DNA of 40,712 bases, from assembly GCA_022768045.1 (NCBI GenBank), contig JALEND010000020.1, positions 1 through 40,712 of the forward strand, in the 5' to 3' direction. The translations under genes were made by a program, and so were the position numbers. The stretch comes from Mycoplasmatota bacterium (lineage in GTDB: Bacteria > Bacillota_I > Bacilli_A > RF39 > UBA660). Numbering within the stretch: position 1 is the stretch's first letter; every line of letters begins with the position of its first letter. The notes beneath the pieces are model-generated. The model did not search any database. It was not told the DNA's origin and saw nothing but the letters and a program-made list of their open reading frames with translations. Below are positions 37,019 through 40,712 of the stretch, piece by piece.

Positions 37019-39346
37019 ATGAAGTATGAAGGCCTTACTAAATCTGAGGTAAAAAAAAGAATAGATAGTGGTAAAGTTAACTATGATACTACAACTCCTA
37101 GCAAAAGCATAAAACAAATATTATTAGAAAATACAGTTACATTATTTAACTTTATTAACATAGTACTTGGTGTTGCAATAGTACTTGTTGGATCATATAA
37201 GAATTTACTTTTTTTAGGTGTTGTTATATGTAATACATTAATTAGTTCAATACAAGAAATACGAGCTAAAAAAATGGTAGATAAATTATCTGTTATATCA
37301 TCTTCAAAAGCTAGCGTAATAAGAAATGGTAAAAAAGAAAAGATACACATAAATGATATAGTAGTAGATGATATTATTCTTTATGAGTTAGGTAATCAAG
37401 TTGTTGTTGATTCTGTTATACTAGAAGGGACATGTGAAGCTGATGAATCATTTATAACTGGTGAATCTAAAATGATTATTAAGAAAAAAGGTGACATGTT
37501 ATTATCTGGTAGTTTTATAGTAAGTGGTAATGTTACATCAAAAGTTGTTCACGTTGGATTAGATAATTATACTTCAATAATATCACGTGATGCTAAGAAG
37601 ATAAAAAAAGATATATCATCAGAGATAATGCGTTCTTTAAAGAAGATAGTAAAATATGTATCTATTGCACTTGTTCCAATTGGTGTTTTATTATTACTTA
37701 GACAATTTTCAATAGATGATAATACCACTCAAAACGCCGTTACAACGGTTGTTGCGGCTTTAATAGCCATGATACCAGAAGGCCTTATTTTATTAGTATC
37801 AACTGTACTTGCTATAAGTGTTTTAAAATTATCTAAGTATAATGTTTTAGTACAAGATTTATATGCCGTTGAAACGTTAGCTAGAGTAGATACACTTTGT
37901 CTTGATAAGACTGGAACACTTACTGAAGGTAAGATGGAAGTAAAAGAAATTATTCCAGTTAACGATAATAAGATATCCGAAATAGATGAAATATTAAACT
38001 TAGTTGCAGCATCATCAAGTGATAATAACTCTACTATTAATGCAATTAAAGAAAAATTTAATATGGGTACTAATATTAAATACATAGATAAAATACCTTT
38101 TTCTTCTGATAGAAAATATTCTGGTGTTATATTAAAAGATAAATCATATATAATAGGAGCTCCTGAGTTTGTGTTAAAAAACCATTATAAAAAATATAAA
38201 GAAATAATAGAAGAAGGATCATTAAATAATAGAGTACTTGCCTTAATAGAAACTGATGTTGTAAAGAATTATGAAATAAAAGGTAAAATAAAAGTACTTG
38301 GTTTTATTTTTATAAGAGATAAGATAAGAAAGACTGCTTATGATACGATAAAGTATTTTAAAGAGAATGACGTTGATTTAAAAATAATTTCTGGTGATAG
38401 CAAAGAAACAGTTTCATCTATTGCATCAAGACTAGATATTAATATTAAAGGTACTATTGATGCATCTTTAATATCAAAGGACATGGACGTAAATAAAATA
38501 GTAGAAGAAAACACTATTTTTGGACGTGTTAAGCCAGAACAGAAAAAATTATTTATTAGTGCTTTAAAAAGAAATGGACATGTTGTTGCAATGACTGGTG
38601 ATGGTGTTAATGACGTATTAGCACTTAAAGAAGCAGATTGTGGTGTTGCAATGAATAGTGGAGCAGATGCAGCAAGAAACATATCAGAAATTGTTCTTCT
38701 TGATTCTAATTTTGATTCCATGCCTAAAATAGTAATGGAAGGAAGAAGAACAATAAATAACGTTGAAAGATCAGCTACATTATTTTTATCAAAAACTATA
38801 TACGCATCACTTCTTGCTTTATTATTCTTATTTATAAATTATGCATATCCTTTCATACCTATACAAATGACTTTAATAAATAGTTTAACTATAGGTATAC
38901 CGGCCTTTATACTTGCATTAGAACCAAATAAATCAAGAATTAAGGGTAAGTTTTTAGTAAATGTAATAAGTAAGGCTATTCCAAGTGGTATTACAACTGT
39001 TGTAAATATTTTGCTCTTAGTTTTACTAGCAAGTTTATTAAAGCTTCCTACTGAGCAAACATCAACATGTGCAGTTATTATAACGGCATATACAGCACTT
39101 CTTCTTATATATAGAATAAGTAAGCCACTTAACTTTCTTAGAACGTCTTTGTTAGTATTATTAACTTCTATATTTGTATTAGCTTTTATCATTCCAGCAG
39201 GAAGAGAAATATTTTCACTTAAGATTTTAAGTGTTAATTCATTATTAGTATTAATACCATTAATGTATTTATCAACTAGGTTATTTAAAATACTTTCAAC
39301 AATGATTGGTTATGTAATTGATAAAAAGAAGAAGTGGTTTATGTAA
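37019..39346 (+). CDS. Cation-transporting P-type ATPase (CtpE-like)
   Basis: DESFITGES, IPEGL, DKTGTLT, PFSSDRK, ISGD, TGDGVND, LTIGIP.F.LALEP. Confidence 0.95.
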   Translation: MKYEGLTKSEVKKRIDSGKVNYDTTTPSKSIKQILLENTVTLFNFINIVLGVAIVLVGSYKNLLFLGVVICNTLISSIQEIRAKKMVDKLSVISSSKASVIRNGKKEKIHINDIVVDDIILYELGNQVVVDSVILEGTCEADESFITGESKMIIKKKGDMLLSGSFIVSGNVTSKVVHVGLDNYTSIISRDAKKIKKDISSEIMRSLKKIVKYVSIALVPIGVLLLLRQFSIDDNTTQNAVTTVVAALIAMIPEGLILLVSTVLAISVLKLSKYNVLVQDLYAVETLARVDTLCLDKTGTLTEGKMEVKEIIPVNDNKISEIDEILNLVAASSSDNNSTINAIKEKFNMGTNIKYIDKIPFSSDRKYSGVILKDKSYIIGAPEFVLKNHYKKYKEIIEEGSLNNRVLALIETDVVKNYEIKGKIKVLGFIFIRDKIRKTAYDTIKYFKENDVDLKIISGDSKETVSSIASRLDINIKGTIDASLISKDMDVNKIVEENTIFGRVKPEQKKLFISALKRNGHVVAMTGDGVNDVLALKEADCGVAMNSGADAARNISEIVLLDSNFDSMPKIVMEGRRTINNVERSATLFLSKTIYASLLALLFLFINYAYPFIPIQMTLINSLTIGIPAFILALEPNKSRIKGKFLVNVISKAIPSGITTVVNILLLVLLASLLKLPTEQTSTCAVIITAYTALLLIYRISKPLNFLRTSLLVLLTSIFVLAFIIPAGREIFSLKILSVNSLLVLIPLMYLSTRLFKILSTMIGYVIDKKKKWFM

Positions 39347-39415
39347 AAAAATAAAAGGAAATTTGTAAATTAAATTTCCTTTTGTTATACTATTTATTAA
39401 AAGAAGGAACTAAAT

Positions 39416-40712
39416 ATGGAAAACTATGAATTATATACTAAAGATTATATTAAAAAGACTATAAAAATAAATCATGCTGATATAAAAAAGATATTTTCTT
39501 TATCTAATGAAAAACTAGATTTATTAATAAAAGAAGAAAATATAAATGAGTATTTATATGTATTAGCATTGTACATTATTCAAAATAAAATGTTATACCC
39601 ATTATATTTAGATAAGGCAACATATATAAAAGATAAATTATTTTATATACAAAAGATAGATGAAATAGTAAGAAATAACATAAGTGAAAAAGAAAAATTA
39701 GCTAACGATAAACATCCTAACTATAAATATAATTACAAAATAGATACTGAATTATTAGAATATATTTTAAGTGGTATAAACAAAAATTATAATAGTTTTC
39801 AAAAAGTAATTTACTATTATTTTGCATGCTGTAATATATTTAACACTGATTCAAAACTAAATTATTTATCACAAATAAATCCATATCTTGCAGGAAAATA
39901 TAGACTTCCGTTTGATAATTTATATAGAATAAACTTAGATAATAATGATGTGGCTTGTTTTGAAATAGTAGAAATAATTAAAGCACTAGCTAAAAATGAA
40001 GGCATGATAGTTTTAGATGATAACATATCTAATTATGGTACAAGACATCATGTTACATTTGAAGGAGTACTTGATAAAACATATATAAAACTTGATCCAT
40101 TAAATAATGTTAAACCATATAATGACATGATAGGAGTTAAGAAGAATATGCCATATAATGGAATATATGTTAAGAAAGAACAAACGTTAGACTCTGTAAT
40201 ACAAAATGTGTATGAAGATGTACAAAAAAGGTTTTTAAAAACTAATAATAAAAGGTTTACAAACAAAAATATAAATGATGTTTTAATAGATATTAATAGA
40301 ATAAACATAGATAAAGATGTTAAAAAATCTATTAAAGATATTATACTTATGATTAATAATTTTAAAACTAAAAAGATAGAGTATTATACAGAGATAATAA
40401 GAAATAAACAAAGTATATTTAATAAGACAAATGGCAATGTAAAAGTAAGTGTTATTTTAATAAATGATGATAAGTATACGTTTAGTGCAATTTTATCTAC
40501 TAATTCTAATTTTTATATAAAAATAGATGAAGATAAAATTTCATTAATAAATAAAGAAGAATTAGTAAAACAAATAGAAAATGATAATATAATTATCTCT
40601 AGAAATAGATCTTCTAATAAAGAAAAAATGTATAATTTTATTGATGGTATAGATAAAAATATACAAGTAAAAAATAACTTAAGAGCATGTAATAACTTAT
40701 TTCCTAAGTTAC
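39416..40712 (+). CDS. Hypothetical protein with transglutaminase-like Cys-His-Asp pattern, 3'-truncated; absent from ORF track
   Basis: AAGGA RBS, TTGTAA-N17-TATACT promoter, frame open to window end; VACFEIVEIIKALAKNEG...RHHV...KLDP. Confidence 0.7.
   Translation, partial: MENYELYTKDYIKKTIKINHADIKKIFSLSNEKLDLLIKEENINEYLYVLALYIIQNKMLYPLYLDKATYIKDKLFYIQKIDEIVRNNISEKEKLANDKHPNYKYNYKIDTELLEYILSGINKNYNSFQKVIYYYFACCNIFNTDSKLNYLSQINPYLAGKYRLPFDNLYRINLDNNDVACFEIVEIIKALAKNEGMIVLDDNISNYGTRHHVTFEGVLDKTYIKLDPLNNVKPYNDMIGVKKNMPYNGIYVKKEQTLDSVIQNVYEDVQKRFLKTNNKRFTNKNINDVLIDINRINIDKDVKKSIKDIILMINNFKTKKIEYYTEIIRNKQSIFNKTNGNVKVSVILINDDKYTFSAILSTNSNFYIKIDEDKISLINKEELVKQIENDNIIISRNRSSNKEKMYNFIDGIDKNIQVKNNLRACNNLFPKL

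Noticed and set aside
316-40308. Short antisense ORFs in the track (e.g. 4844-5116, 21021-21341, 37081-39192 set, 40048-40308)
   Set aside because: They lie opposite well-supported genes, have F/L/S/I-rich shadow composition and no evident RBS.

Overview
Very AT-rich chromosomal segment from a low-GC, apparently genome-reduced, spore-forming member of the Bacilli. It resembles uncultured gut RF39-type lineages, but that placement is inference. The standard genetic code is used: TGA is a stop and Trp is TGG. The backbone is housekeeping and sporulation genes: gpsA, spoIIAA-sigF-spoVAC/D/E, tmcAL/mnmA, a class B PBP, rpmG-efp-sepF, T-box-ileS, intact sigK, prsW-yqeG-yqeH, radC-mreCD-spoIVFA/B, L21 leader-rplU-prp-rpmA, trmB, obg, gmk and a P-type ATPase. 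Orphan genes are interspersed. No mobile element, CRISPR array, rRNA or tRNA was seen. Most notable: (1) the spoIIA operon lacks spoIIAB and its SpoIIAA has lost the phospho-acceptor serine motif, implying a non-canonical sigma-F control circuit; (2) the type-2 IleRS has the GIHH signature linked to mupirocin hyper-resistance and sits under a T-box with a variant bulge; (3) a tightly coupled WG-repeat protein / 54-aa membrane peptide / sortase operon has no visible sorting-signal substrate and lies beside DUF192 and an orphan Flp pilin; (4) an orphan carries several sigma-region-4-like HTHs and an internal start; (5) an LD-carboxypeptidase is broken by two in-frame TAA codons; (6) there are tandem paralogous exported orphans and a transglutaminase-like orphan.
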